From NCBI GenBank assembly GCA_012103505.1, contig WLWP01000003.1, positions 19,767 to 83,766 on the forward strand: a DNA stretch of 64,000 nt, given 5' to 3'. The notes below the pieces were generated by a model. That model had not been told where the DNA came from, did no database searches, and saw only the letters and a program-made list of their open reading frames with translations. Shown here piece after piece: positions 39,463 through 49,403 of the stretch (positions are counted from its first letter, which is position 1; each line of letters begins with the position of its first letter). The position numbers and the translations under genes were made by a program. The DNA is from Pseudomonadales bacterium. Its GTDB lineage: Bacteria > Pseudomonadota > Gammaproteobacteria > Pseudomonadales > Azotimanducaceae.

Positions 39463-40242
39463 ATGCAAGCAATGAGGGTGCCTCTTTACCAAATCGAGCT
39501 AAGCGAAAGACGTCCGGTAGGCGCAACTGTAGTCGCTTCCCCCACACTTACACGCCGAATAGAGCAGCAGGGGATTGTTGAACCCTTGGTCGTTCGCCCG
39601 AAAGGTCCGAAGTTGTTCGAGTTATTGACCAATCCCCAAGTGTATTTTGCGGCTGGTGAGCTGTCTCTTCATGAGGTCCCGGTTGTCATAAGGGAAGATC
39701 TTACGGATGAAGAAGCGCAAAAGATTGTGGCCTCAAATTACTCAGAGAAGCTGATCGATCCTATTGCGGAGGCTGAAGCTCTCAAGGGCCAATTAGCCGA
39801 GATTGGAGGTGAGGAGAACATTGCCCGTTTGGCCAGAATCCTTGGAAAATCCAGGTCTCAGTTATCACGCAAACTTGCACTCCTTGATCTCTCCCAGGAA
39901 GCTCAGCAAGCCATCCGCGAAGGTAGGCTGTCACCTACGCATGGTAGGTTGCTCGTAGCTGAACAGGATCCTAGGAGACGTCGGTGGTTTACGAACCAGG
40001 CGATCGATAACAAATGGTCAACATCGGAACTCGAGAGGAGATTGAAAGCAAAGCAGCAGCGCGCCGAAAAACCTAGTCCCAAAACTACTGAGGTTGAGCG
40101 ATTGGAAAGAAGATTAATGGACCTTGTCGGCATGGATGTTTGTATAAGTGAAGACAAAGGGCTCATCACTTTCAATTACTACAAGAATCTTGATTCCCTT
40201 CAGGGTTTGTTGGAACGACTTGGATACAGTGACGAAAGCTAG
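39463..40242 (+). CDS. Spo0J-like ParB3 lacking the GxxRxxA motif
   Basis: GIVEPLVVRP, DPIAEAEA, HTH LGKSRSQLSRKLALL, G.LS..HGR.L; FELLTNPQ where GxRR is expected. Confidence 0.85.
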   Translation: MQAMRVPLYQIELSERRPVGATVVASPTLTRRIEQQGIVEPLVVRPKGPKLFELLTNPQVYFAAGELSLHEVPVVIREDLTDEEAQKIVASNYSEKLIDPIAEAEALKGQLAEIGGEENIARLARILGKSRSQLSRKLALLDLSQEAQQAIREGRLSPTHGRLLVAEQDPRRRRWFTNQAIDNKWSTSELERRLKAKQQRAEKPSPKTTEVERLERRLMDLVGMDVCISEDKGLITFNYYKNLDSLQGLLERLGYSDES

Positions 40243-40266
40243 TCGTTCAACTAAGGAGCGGCGGAA

Positions 40267-40282
40267 GCGTCCCTTATTCTCT
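40267..40282 (+). promoter_or_regulatory. recurrent motif (putative promoter)
   Basis: GCGTCCCTTATTCTCT, 27 nt before TTG 40309. Confidence 0.55.
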
Positions 40283-40308
40283 AACATATCGTTTCGGGTT
40301 ATGACCGC

Positions 40309-41840
40309 TTGCAGTACTTTCACGACATTCGCGTCTCTCAAGACGCCCCAGATTCTTCAAAACATGCGAACCTACGAAAGTTAGACAGTATCGCCCAATC
40401 CTCCGGGTTCTCGGTTCCTCAAACTCTCATCCTCGATACTAGAAAGCTAAGTTGTTATCGAAGCTTTATCAATGAAGCTACGACGGCTAAGGGACCTTAT
40501 GGTTATAGAGTAGGGGAGGGCGATCGAATTGGTATTCGCATGGAGCTTGAAGACGTTTTCATTGGCGAGAGTTCTTTTTGTGTTAGGTCGCTGTCCGATG
40601 CGGAAGGTGACAACGGGTCTTTCGCAGGTGTTTATCACAGTGAAGTAAACGTGCCACGGCACCTTTTGTGCCAGGCAATAGATGAAGTATTGAGCCATAG
40701 CGTTTCTTCTACCGTTGCTCACTCATTGCACAGAGGAGGAGCATCAAAGTTCCCGGGGATGGCCGTTGGTCTCCAGCCTTACCTAGGAGGTCCAGGTTGG
40801 ATAGGTGGAGTTGTTCAGGCTCCGTTTGCACCGTTGTTCCCCAGGCCTGCTAGCCTCATATCTGTTGGTCGTAGCGCCGTCGGAATCACCGCAGGGACTC
40901 GTGTGTCAGAAGACCATCTCGTTGTTGCGAGTGGCGACGGATTTATGACGCTGGAACGAACCCCTGGCGAAGAAACAGAAGAACAATTCCTTCTCACCCA
41001 GGCTGGCATAAAATTGTTGCTGACTACGACTAATAAATTGATCGATGAGTTTCGAAGTTCGATAGAAATTGAATGGGCCATGTCGCCTTCCTTGGACCTC
41101 TACATCCTTCAAGTTCGAACTGTATCGTTGGGTCCATCTACGACGGTTTTTGGTGGTGCTGTTCAGCATGAACCTCTGTGTTCTGGTTTTGCCGTAGGAA
41201 ATGGTCGGGTCGTCGGTCGAGCCTTTGTTACCAAAACATACCCGACGGTAACGCTGGATGAATCTGACATTCTAGTAGCGCCCGCTGTTAGTGAAGGTTG
41301 GTTTGAGCACGTAGAGAAGGCTGGTGGGCTGATTACCCAAATTGGTTCTAGAAATGCACATATCGCGAGTGTGGCAGCTGAAGCCGGAACGCTTTGTGCT
41401 GTTGGGTGTGATAGCGGGATACACTCAATTGCGCATGGCGATTTGATAACACTTGCCTGTATTTCAAGGGAGATATCGAGAGTGCCCCTTTGGTATTGGG
41501 TGATTCTCATCGGATTCGAAGTCCGGCTGAAGCAATGTCCCTAATGCGGAACTATATCCCGACCTCGGTTACTTTCGATCTTCAGGCATATTTCAATAGG
41601 TTTAGAGTATTTTCGAGAGAGCATAAGCTTGATAACTGTAACCCGAGAGTTTTCCAAGGCTATCCGAACCTAGAGACGTTTGTTCAATGCAAAGTCTTTG
41701 AAGCACTTTTGTTTATTCGTACCGCGTTACCCGAAACAAAAATTCTAGTAGATGTCGGCAGCTACCTTCAGCTTGCAGAGCATTTGCAAGTAGCCAAAAC
41801 TAAGCTCAAGGTCATGTATGGCGTTTCTTTAGGGAATTAG
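40309..41840 (+). pseudogene. divergent, shortened PEP-synthase (PpsA)-like gene with an apparent frameshift near 41465
   Basis: VRS...SFAG.Y.S..N, EIEWA, LYILQVR, phospho-His loop GSRNAHIASVA; second frame (41490-41840) resembles the following PpsA segment. Confidence 0.65.
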
Positions 41841-42184
41841 TTTTTGGATCGGACGTAGATAACGACCACGTCGCCGAGAGCCCAAATAGATTCGTACTCG
41901 ACCCTGGTTTCGATAGCGGTCGTTAGCCGGCTGGCAAGAAGTTCATTCAAATTGTCGGTTTCGCTAATTTCTGCGAGTCTAAGATGGCAATACCCGCTTA
42001 CAAATCCTAGTTCTTCGATTCGAAGGTCTGTCTCTTCTTGTGTATGCGGATGTGATAGCCAAATGGCGTCGTCACCCATTTCCGCTCGATGGAGTAAGAG
42101 GGTTTCTTGCAGCGAATCCAGGTGCAGCGCGTTGTTTAGGGCTGCGTTGGTAATCCGTTGGATCTTGATGTCGTCGTTGTTCAT
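41837..42184 (-). CDS. hypothetical protein
   Basis: 115-aa ORF. Confidence 0.55.
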   Translation of the reverse strand: MNNDDIKIQRITNAALNNALHLDSLQETLLLHRAEMGDDAIWLSHPHTQEETDLRIEELGFVSGYCHLRLAEISETDNLNELLASRLTTAIETRVEYESIWALGDVVVIYVRSKN

Positions 42185-42307
42185 TCCAATGCCATATGTT
42201 GAACATCGACAATGCGGCCCATCCCTGCTGTCGGTGTAGTTCAGATCTTGGCGCTTTCAGATTCCGTGTTCTCATGTGTACTCGTAAGAACTTTAAGCAG
42301 AGCTCGT

Positions 42308-42880
42308 TTGAACTACTTTACTCCTGAAGAAGAAAGAAATCTCATTCGTCAGGCGCAGTCTGGCTTTCAAGGTGCTGCGCAGGAGTTAGTTGCGTGTGGT
42401 TTGCCTTTTGTTCGTAAGAAGCTGAAGCGCTGCTTTCCTGTTCTTTCCGAGAGTGATCTGGACGATCTAGGCCAGGAACTCTTTCTCAAGTTGTTAGGCG
42501 TCGTGAGCAAGTATGATCTAAATCGGAACGGTCACACACGATTCTACAACTTTGCTCACTACACCATCTTCGCTGCTGCGACAGATTGGGTTTCGCGTAC
42601 CCGCCGGGAAGTCTCCCTTGACGGTCTTACTCTCACGGAAGAGTTGGCGCACGATGAATGTCCGTTTGAGCAGCGTGACGTTGATGACCAAGCACGCACA
42701 GCGTTAGCGTCGGTCAGTGGCAGAGAGCGAGAGGTCCTCCTAAGACGATTTTACGTAGACGAGACGGTCAAACTGCGAACAGATTGGTCTTGCTCAGCCC
42801 AAAACGTCTACTACGTGCAATCAATGGCCCTGGCTAAGGCGCGAGATGCTTTGAGTGCCCATTACTCTATCTATGGGTAA
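42308..42880 (+). CDS. sigma-70 family RNA polymerase sigma factor, RpoH-like and shortened
   Basis: Region 1.2 TPEEERNL, 2.1 AAQELV...L.FV, 2.2 DDLGQE...L...V.KYD, 2.3 RFYNFAHYTI, EVSLD, region 4 AL..VSGREREVL..RF; ORF is open from 42212, TTG 42308 matches the start of homology. Confidence 0.8.
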   Translation: MNYFTPEEERNLIRQAQSGFQGAAQELVACGLPFVRKKLKRCFPVLSESDLDDLGQELFLKLLGVVSKYDLNRNGHTRFYNFAHYTIFAAATDWVSRTRREVSLDGLTLTEELAHDECPFEQRDVDDQARTALASVSGREREVLLRRFYVDETVKLRTDWSCSAQNVYYVQSMALAKARDALSAHYSIYG

Positions 42881-42894
42881 CAAAGTTTAGCTGC

Positions 42895-43374
42895 ATGAAA
42901 GACCTAGATATAACTGTCGCCACATCCTTGCAACAAGTCGAGCCAATCGTGTGGCGCCAGATAGCCGGCAAACGGCTGAATACGACACCATTTGATGTTC
43001 AACCAATTTGTGCGAACGATTTTATGGTGGTGTCATACGCAAAGAAACAGATCGATGATTCAGTGTGCACTAGAGGCGATCTGGAGTGGTTAAGCTCGCT
43101 AAGTATCAGGCCTACGCACCTCGAAAAACTCTTGCTCGCCATAGAAGAGACATCTAATGCCTATGCAAGTTTCTTCCATGGGAAACAGCCCACGACGGTC
43201 TGTGTGGACAATACCCCGTGCGTAATTTTACTGCCTGGAGAGATCCAGATATGCGAAGGCCTTTCTGAACGCTACCCCGATGTATCCAGATGCCTCAAAA
43301 CTTGGGCACCAGAGATAGCCAGGACGCACAATTGGAATGTACGCCATCAGAAGTTTTCTAGCGTGCGACCGTGA
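42895..43374 (+). CDS. hypothetical protein
   Basis: 159 aa, 14 nt after the sigma gene, coupled to the signal peptidase. Confidence 0.7.
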   Translation: MKDLDITVATSLQQVEPIVWRQIAGKRLNTTPFDVQPICANDFMVVSYAKKQIDDSVCTRGDLEWLSSLSIRPTHLEKLLLAIEETSNAYASFFHGKQPTTVCVDNTPCVILLPGEIQICEGLSERYPDVSRCLKTWAPEIARTHNWNVRHQKFSSVRP

Positions 43375-44021
43375 ATACACTCTTCGGATTTTGGGTCCTC
43401 TATGCCTACGCTTATGTGATCGACGATCTCTTTGTGCAACCTCGAAAAAGACGAAAGCTCAACTACCGGCGTGGTTCAATTTCGTTTGGTCTTCTTGTCG
43501 GCCTCCCGATTGTAACGATAGCTCTGCTACTCAGGGGCTTCGTGATTGATTTTTATCATGTTCCCACGAGGTCTATGGAACCCTTGGTATCCAGCGATTC
43601 GACAGTTTTTGTGGACAAAACCGCCTACGGCCTAAGGAACCCAATCGTTGGTACTAGATGGACCAATGGCCCGCCCCTAGTTCTAGGTGATGTTATTGCT
43701 TTTAGCTATCCGAGGGAGCCTGTCACCACCTATCTAAAGCGTGTGTGGGGTGTGCCGGGAGATACCATCGCGGTAACCGCCGCTGGTCTGATCCTGAATG
43801 ATGAATTGCTCTTACCAAACGGTACTTCAGAGATCTCGGTTCGTCTTGAGGGCACTGACTTTACTGTCTTGAATGAAGAAAGAAGCATTAAGGAATTCGA
43901 CGCTGTAACTGTCCCTGAAGGACACGTATTCGTTATGGGAGACAACCTTGCCTATAGCCAGGATTCTCGACATTGGGGATTGGTTGCTGATTACCACATA
44001 TTGGGTCGGGCAATCCTTTAG
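43371..44021 (+). CDS. lepB: signal peptidase I (S26)
   Basis: Ser/Lys dyad PTRSMEP and YLKRV, FVMGDN..YSQDSRHWG. Confidence 0.9.
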   Translation: MNTLFGFWVLYAYAYVIDDLFVQPRKRRKLNYRRGSISFGLLVGLPIVTIALLLRGFVIDFYHVPTRSMEPLVSSDSTVFVDKTAYGLRNPIVGTRWTNGPPLVLGDVIAFSYPREPVTTYLKRVWGVPGDTIAVTAAGLILNDELLLPNGTSEISVRLEGTDFTVLNEERSIKEFDAVTVPEGHVFVMGDNLAYSQDSRHWGLVADYHILGRAIL

Positions 44022-44036
44022 CGCTCCGTATTCTCT
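44021..44036 (+). promoter_or_regulatory. recurrent motif (putative promoter)
   Basis: GCGCTCCGTATTCTCT, 25 nt before GTG 44061. Confidence 0.7.
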
Positions 44037-44060
44037 TGTAAACACCAAAGGGGGTCAGTT

Positions 44061-44348
44061 GTGCGTGAGTTAACTGCGAAGGAAGTTGCAAATGAAGCAG
44101 CACTGTATCGTAAAAGTGGACATGTAGATCAGAGTAAGCGTCTTCTAGAAGCCGCAACGGAGCACTTTCCTGGCGAGATATGTATCGTTAAGGAAGTAGG
44201 CAAGCTACCAAAGGAGCACCCCTCCAAAATAGATAAGTGGGGCGTCGAATTGGCAAAGCTTGTTGATCGTTTTGGAGTGCCTACGGCTTTGATCGTCGCT
44301 GCACTGCTAGCGTTTGCGCTATTGCCTATGTTTGTCCCTGCGAATTGA
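44061..44348 (+). CDS. small protein with TPR-like helices and a C-terminal TM
   Basis: 95 aa, AAGGGGG RBS. Confidence 0.7.
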   Translation: MRELTAKEVANEAALYRKSGHVDQSKRLLEAATEHFPGEICIVKEVGKLPKEHPSKIDKWGVELAKLVDRFGVPTALIVAALLAFALLPMFVPAN

Positions 44349-44352
44349 CACA

Positions 44353-45384
44353 ATGAATACGCCGTTAGAAGCATACTTCAGGGCTAAAGATCCGGGCGTT
44401 TTGGCACGCCTTTTGATGCGATCTAATAAATACCTCCAGCCCATCAAAGCGCTCACTGAATTGGATGGTCATCAAGAACACCTACTCTTAACGGCGCCAG
44501 CATCTCTCGCTCTTGCCATTCGACGCAGTGGATTCACTGCAGACATCGGTCAGCACCTTCGTGTGATCGTCAACAATCCTGGCACGATTGAAACGCTGGA
44601 TCATGGACAGTGGTTTAGATACGTCGTTCCGATGCTAGGAATCAAGACGCTGACAATCTACATGTGTGGTAAATACGAATCTCGCCAATCGGTTGCAAAG
44701 CAAACGCTTAGGGACGACCAGCGTATCAGAGTCATAGATCGCCGGTCTGTGTCGGATGCGCTGCGTAGATTGCCCAAAGGTCAGACGATTGACTTCGCCG
44801 TCCAGTTTTCTCCGTTTGAATCGAATGATTCCATGCAGTCGGATCTAGTAGATCTTGGACGGAACAACGTTCCCTTCATCCTTTTATGCCAATCGAGACT
44901 ACTGAGCCTTATGGCTCAGCTGGTTGCTGAGAAGATGGGCGCGCGTTTTGAGGAAGATGAAGCAGTAAACCCGTTTGCTCTCGTGGAGCACTCTGAGGGT
45001 CTTGCTCCCAACAAATGGATACTTCGATCATCTAGTCTCCCAACAACAATGAGTCCCTTGGAAGATGAGGACCGTAACGTTCTCTACCTTGTTGAAAAAG
45101 CCATTATGGCTACGCATAGCCGAAACAGAGACGCACGCCCTGAAGAAATCGGTCTTGAACTACAAATGGGAGTCGTCCACACGATGGGTGGCTATTCCGT
45201 CGATCTTGATACGTTGGGTGTCCGGGATCTAGACACTGGATCGTTTATCGGGGTTCTCCCAGAACAATACGCTGATGTCTTAAACACTTACGAAAAGTCT
45301 TGGACCCCGACGGAGAAGTTGTATTGGTCGGGTGTAGTTCGTTCAGTCATCTCGAATGAAGAAATTGCTCCGTTGGTAGCTTGA
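44353..45384 (+). CDS. hypothetical protein
   Basis: Long ORF; ATG 44353 follows the previous stop. Confidence 0.75.
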   Translation: MNTPLEAYFRAKDPGVLARLLMRSNKYLQPIKALTELDGHQEHLLLTAPASLALAIRRSGFTADIGQHLRVIVNNPGTIETLDHGQWFRYVVPMLGIKTLTIYMCGKYESRQSVAKQTLRDDQRIRVIDRRSVSDALRRLPKGQTIDFAVQFSPFESNDSMQSDLVDLGRNNVPFILLCQSRLLSLMAQLVAEKMGARFEEDEAVNPFALVEHSEGLAPNKWILRSSSLPTTMSPLEDEDRNVLYLVEKAIMATHSRNRDARPEEIGLELQMGVVHTMGGYSVDLDTLGVRDLDTGSFIGVLPEQYADVLNTYEKSWTPTEKLYWSGVVRSVISNEEIAPLVA

Positions 45385-45905
45385 GAATGTCTCTTACCGT
45401 TTTTAGACATGGAGCTATACACAATCACCTTATCGCAGAAGATCCAGGTTTGAGCGAAGTGGGAGCTAAGGCTGTAACTAAGCGTTCGCTAGAGCTTCTC
45501 TCATTGGGTGTTCCCGTTGGCATGATTGTTACGAGTCAGCTACGGCGTGCGATAGAAACATCTAATATCTTCTCGGCGGTCTATCCGGACGCGAGCTCAT
45601 ATTCATCGCCGGTTCTAAACCCAAGTGATCAAACTAGTTCCCTACAGGACGAGGTTAGGAGCTGGGTGGATGTGTGCAGAGATGGATTGTTGTTGATTGG
45701 GCATGATCCGATCGTGAGCCAGTTTGTGTTAGATATCTGCGGAGTTTCTGTAGAAGGTAGAGAGCACTGGTACATCCCAACTGGTAGCGGAGTTGTCCTC
45801 CAGCCAAGCAATACGCCTAGTGGGGAACATTACAACCCCGTACATTATTTGGGGCATACCCGTGCGCTTCCTATAACGATGGCATCGAGTGCACCGTCTA
45901 TTTAG
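45381..45905 (+). CDS. sixA: SixA-type phosphohistidine phosphatase
   Basis: RHG motif, D..LS..G, TS.LRRAIET, LLIGHDP. Confidence 0.8.
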   Translation: MRMSLTVFRHGAIHNHLIAEDPGLSEVGAKAVTKRSLELLSLGVPVGMIVTSQLRRAIETSNIFSAVYPDASSYSSPVLNPSDQTSSLQDEVRSWVDVCRDGLLLIGHDPIVSQFVLDICGVSVEGREHWYIPTGSGVVLQPSNTPSGEHYNPVHYLGHTRALPITMASSAPSI

Positions 45906-45917
45906 TGCCGGGATGAC

Positions 45918-46229
45918 GTGCTTTATTTTTACGACAAACCTGCCCGTGATTTGCTTGTTTATGGAACAGGCGAGGAATATATTGGGCATCAATCGAACTC
46001 TTCGAGAGATTGTCAATCGGTTCGCATAAACGCGTACCAAAATCTTCTGCGAAGGCTCGGAATATCGGATCTTTGTGTTTTCACAGAGGCCTTTATTGCC
46101 AACGCATATTGTTGGCGCCGCATAACTGAGCGGTTTCCAAACAGCCTTCCCTCGCCGATTTTCGGCAACAACCAATCAACGCTAGCAGTAGCACTCGGAA
46201 TCTATTCTGTGTGTTTTTGCCGTGCGTGA
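45918..46229 (+). CDS. hypothetical protein
   Basis: 103-aa ORF filling the gap in a same-strand gene string. Confidence 0.4.
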   Translation: MLYFYDKPARDLLVYGTGEEYIGHQSNSSRDCQSVRINAYQNLLRRLGISDLCVFTEAFIANAYCWRRITERFPNSLPSPIFGNNQSTLAVALGIYSVCFCRA

Positions 46230-46249
46230 GTTACAAGGAGATTTTCTAT

Positions 46250-49159
46250 ATGAACAATCTAAAAAAACTAGCGACAGAAACCGAGTTATCGCCTCAGGTA
46301 GTTTCGGACGATGTCCTAAAAGAGAAGTACTGCAAAGGCGATGAGTCTAATGCAATTGATGTTCTATCCAGAGTCGCCGGGGCTTTGTCCCAGTGCGAAG
46401 ATCATGATAGTGAACATCTAACCCGAACGTACTTTTGGCAAGCGCTGCAAGACGGATTCATTCCGGCAGGACGTGTTTTAAGTGCAGCTGGAGTAGACCT
46501 CAAAGCGACCCTCATCAATTGTTTTGTGCAACCGGTGGCAGATGCTATGGCAGGTACAGAATCTGGTAACCCTGGAATCTTTACTGCCCTTGAGCAAGCC
46601 GCGGAAACACTTCGACGTGGTGGTGGTGTTGGCTATGACTTTAGTCATATCCGGCCAGCGAGTGCTTATGTCAAAGGAACCAATAGTCGGGCTTCCGGTC
46701 CGCTATCGTTTATGCGCGTTTTTGATGAAACGTGTAAGCAAATCGAGAGTGCTGGTGCTAGGCGCGGTGCCCAAATGGGGGTGCTTCGTGTAGATCATCC
46801 GGATATTGTCTCATTCGTCAAAGCTAAGGAACAACCAGGTGCCTACACTCAGTTTAACCTGAGCGTTGCGGTCACAGATGATTTCCTTGCTGCGGTTAAT
46901 GCTGGTGGTTCTTTCGAGCTAGTACACGCCGAGATGCCTTATGACCAAACAGATACACGTCAACGTGACGATGGACTCTGAGTGTATGAGGAAATAGATG
47001 CTAAAGAACTGTGGGATCTCATTATTCATCAGACTTACGATCATGCTGAACCCGGCGTGTTATTCGTAGATCAGGCGAATCGCGAGAATAATCTTTGGTA
47101 CTGTGAAACATTCGAAGCGACTAACCCTTGCGCGGAACAATGGCTGCCTGACTACGGTTGCTGTTGTTTGGGGTCCGTTAACCTGACTAGGTTCGTGGAC
47201 AACGCATTTACTGATGAAGCTAGTTTCGACTATGAGCGTTTTGCTCGAAATGTCGCTGCTGGCATTCATATGCTAGACAACGTACTCGACGTAACGGCTT
47301 GGCCGCTCGACGAGCAACGCGTGGAAGCAGAGAGTAAACGACGTGTGGGTTTAGGTTTTACCGGTCTAGGTAATGCTCTTGCAATGTTAAACATCCGGTA
47401 CAACTCTGACAAAGGCTTGGAAACAGCAGCCCGTATGTCTGAAGTGATGCGCGATGCAGCGTATCGTTCTTCGGTTAATCTCGCGAAAAAGAAAGGACCT
47501 TTCCCTCTTTTTGATGCAGAGAAGTACGGTCAATCTGAGTTCGTCAGACGCTTACCCCAGGATCTTCAAGATGAGATTCGCGAACACGGTATTCGAAACA
47601 GCCATCTTCTAAGTATTGCGCCTACCGGCACGATATCTTTGGCTATGGCGGACAATGCCAGTAATGGTATCGAACCTCCGTTTAGTTTTGCGTATCAAAG
47701 AAAGAAGCGCATGCAGAATGGTACTCATGAGCAGTATCCTGTAGTCGATCATGGCTTTCGTAGATATTGCATCGAGACCAAAGACAGTGACCCTGCCTTT
47801 GCTACTGAGTCGGAAATTGATGATCTCTTGAGCGACCTTCCTGAATCGTTCGTCTCCGCTTTGGAGATGACTGCGCAGGAACATCTCGACATGCTTTCTG
47901 CCGTGCAACCTTACATCGATTCTTCGATTAGTAAGACGGTGAACATTCCAGCTGATTATCCTTTCGAGGACTTTCAGAATTTGTACACCAAAGCGGCAGG
48001 TGCGGGTCTAAAAGGTCTCGCGACATATCGTCCAAACGACACCACCTGTGCGGTTCTTTCACTAGGACGCGGCGAAGGTGTAACGACAGATCAGGATGAC
48101 CCTGATCGACGGTTGAGCGTGGATCAACTTCCAGAGCCTGTGATGGAAAGTTTGCGTTGGCCTAAACGTCCTGAGTACAACGGAGGAAATCCTTCTTGGA
48201 CACAAATGGTTAGGACACGAGACTACAATTTTGCTTTGTTTGTTGGGTTAACCCCTGAACAGAATCCAGTACCTTTTGAGGTATGGGTAAACGGAACAGA
48301 GCAACCTCGTGGTCTTGGCGCTATTGCCAAAGCAATCTCAATGGACATGCGCTCCAATGACAGAACCTGGCTTCTAACAAAGCTTGAATCGCTAGAAATA
48401 GCCAAAGGAGATGATGGATTTTCTCTTCGTATGCCTCCAAACGGCGACGAAGTTGAGGTACCTAGTCTCGTATCTGGGTTTGCCAAAATTGTTAAGTACT
48501 ACGTACTTCAGCATGAGGGTGAACCTGAAGGAACTGTCGATCTTCTAGGCTCGAGCACACCCATGATGGATGCGCTAATGAGTAAGAAGGAGCCAAAAAC
48601 AGGAGCTGAGGGTACGATGTCCTGGTCGGTAGATGTGCTAAACGCAAACACCGGTGATGACTTCATGCTGACAGTAAAGGAACTACAGATGCCAGATGGT
48701 GAGGGGCGACCCTACTCTGTGTGGATGTCTGGGGAATACCCGCGTGTTTTCGACGGCCTTTGTAAGGTTTTGTCGTACGATATGCGAATTCTTGATCCTG
48801 CCTGGATTGGTGCGAAGCTCCGATCACTCAGAGATTTCTCGGAACTCCAAGGTGACTTCTGGGCGAAAGCCCCGGGGTTAGACAAACAACAGGTTTATCC
48901 TTCAACGGTAGCCTATGTTTGCGAGCTGCTCATCCACAGATACCACATGTTGGGAATTCTCGGCGGTGATGGCTTCCCAATTAAAAACGCAGGGCTAATG
49001 GAACAGGATTACCACAATGTCGTCGCAATGGAACGTCGTTCCGTTGAACAGATTCGACTGAATGGTAAAACCTGCACAGAGTGCAATGCCTCCGCTGTCA
49101 TTAAGAAAGACGGTTGTGACTATTGCACTGCATGTGGCGCTATTGGCTCCTGCGGCTAA
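46250..49159 (+). pseudogene. nrdJ: class II (B12-dependent) ribonucleotide reductase interrupted by an in-frame TGA at 46979-46981
   Basis: AAGGAG RBS; TLINCFV, GGGVGYDFS, RRGAQM; after the stop [33 protein letters not shown] and a C-terminal CxxC..CxxC ribbon. Confidence 0.9.
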
Positions 49160-49189
49160 GGGGTACGGGTGGTTTTTATATAAAAAAAA

Positions 49190-49320
49190 TAGATCGAGAG
49201 CACTTGTTGTGCTTTAAGCCTAAGTGAATCTCCTTATCTGAGGAGTTTACTTATTTCTGCATAGTTTGACCGAAATAGATATTTTCCGGTCAAGCTATGC
49301 AGGCTTACTATTTCGATTTA
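49190..49320 (+). ncRNA. candidate multibranched structured RNA
   Basis: Five nested helices found by eye; several G-U wobbles pair only on the plus strand. Confidence 0.55.
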
Positions 49321-49403
49321 GAGGGGCTCCGACGTAGTCCTCAATACAAAAGATCTTTGATACAAGACTAAAACAGGTTCTTTGAAGAGGAAGGCGAATC
49401 GAC

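Noticed and set aside
45960-46249. NrdR boxes or a cobalamin riboswitch upstream of nrdJ
   Set aside because: Only partial single matches; no tandem NrdR boxes and no B12 box seen
46979-46981. Stop-codon reassignment (TGA = Trp)
   Set aside because: TGA clearly terminates other genes (929-1189 before a terminator; ATGA overlaps at 6083 and 17950), TGG is used for Trp throughout, and the helicase lesion is TAA
49238-49286. Hammerhead ribozyme (CUGAGGA and GAAA are both present)
   Set aside because: Stems I and II cannot be formed around the core and stem III would be only 2 bp
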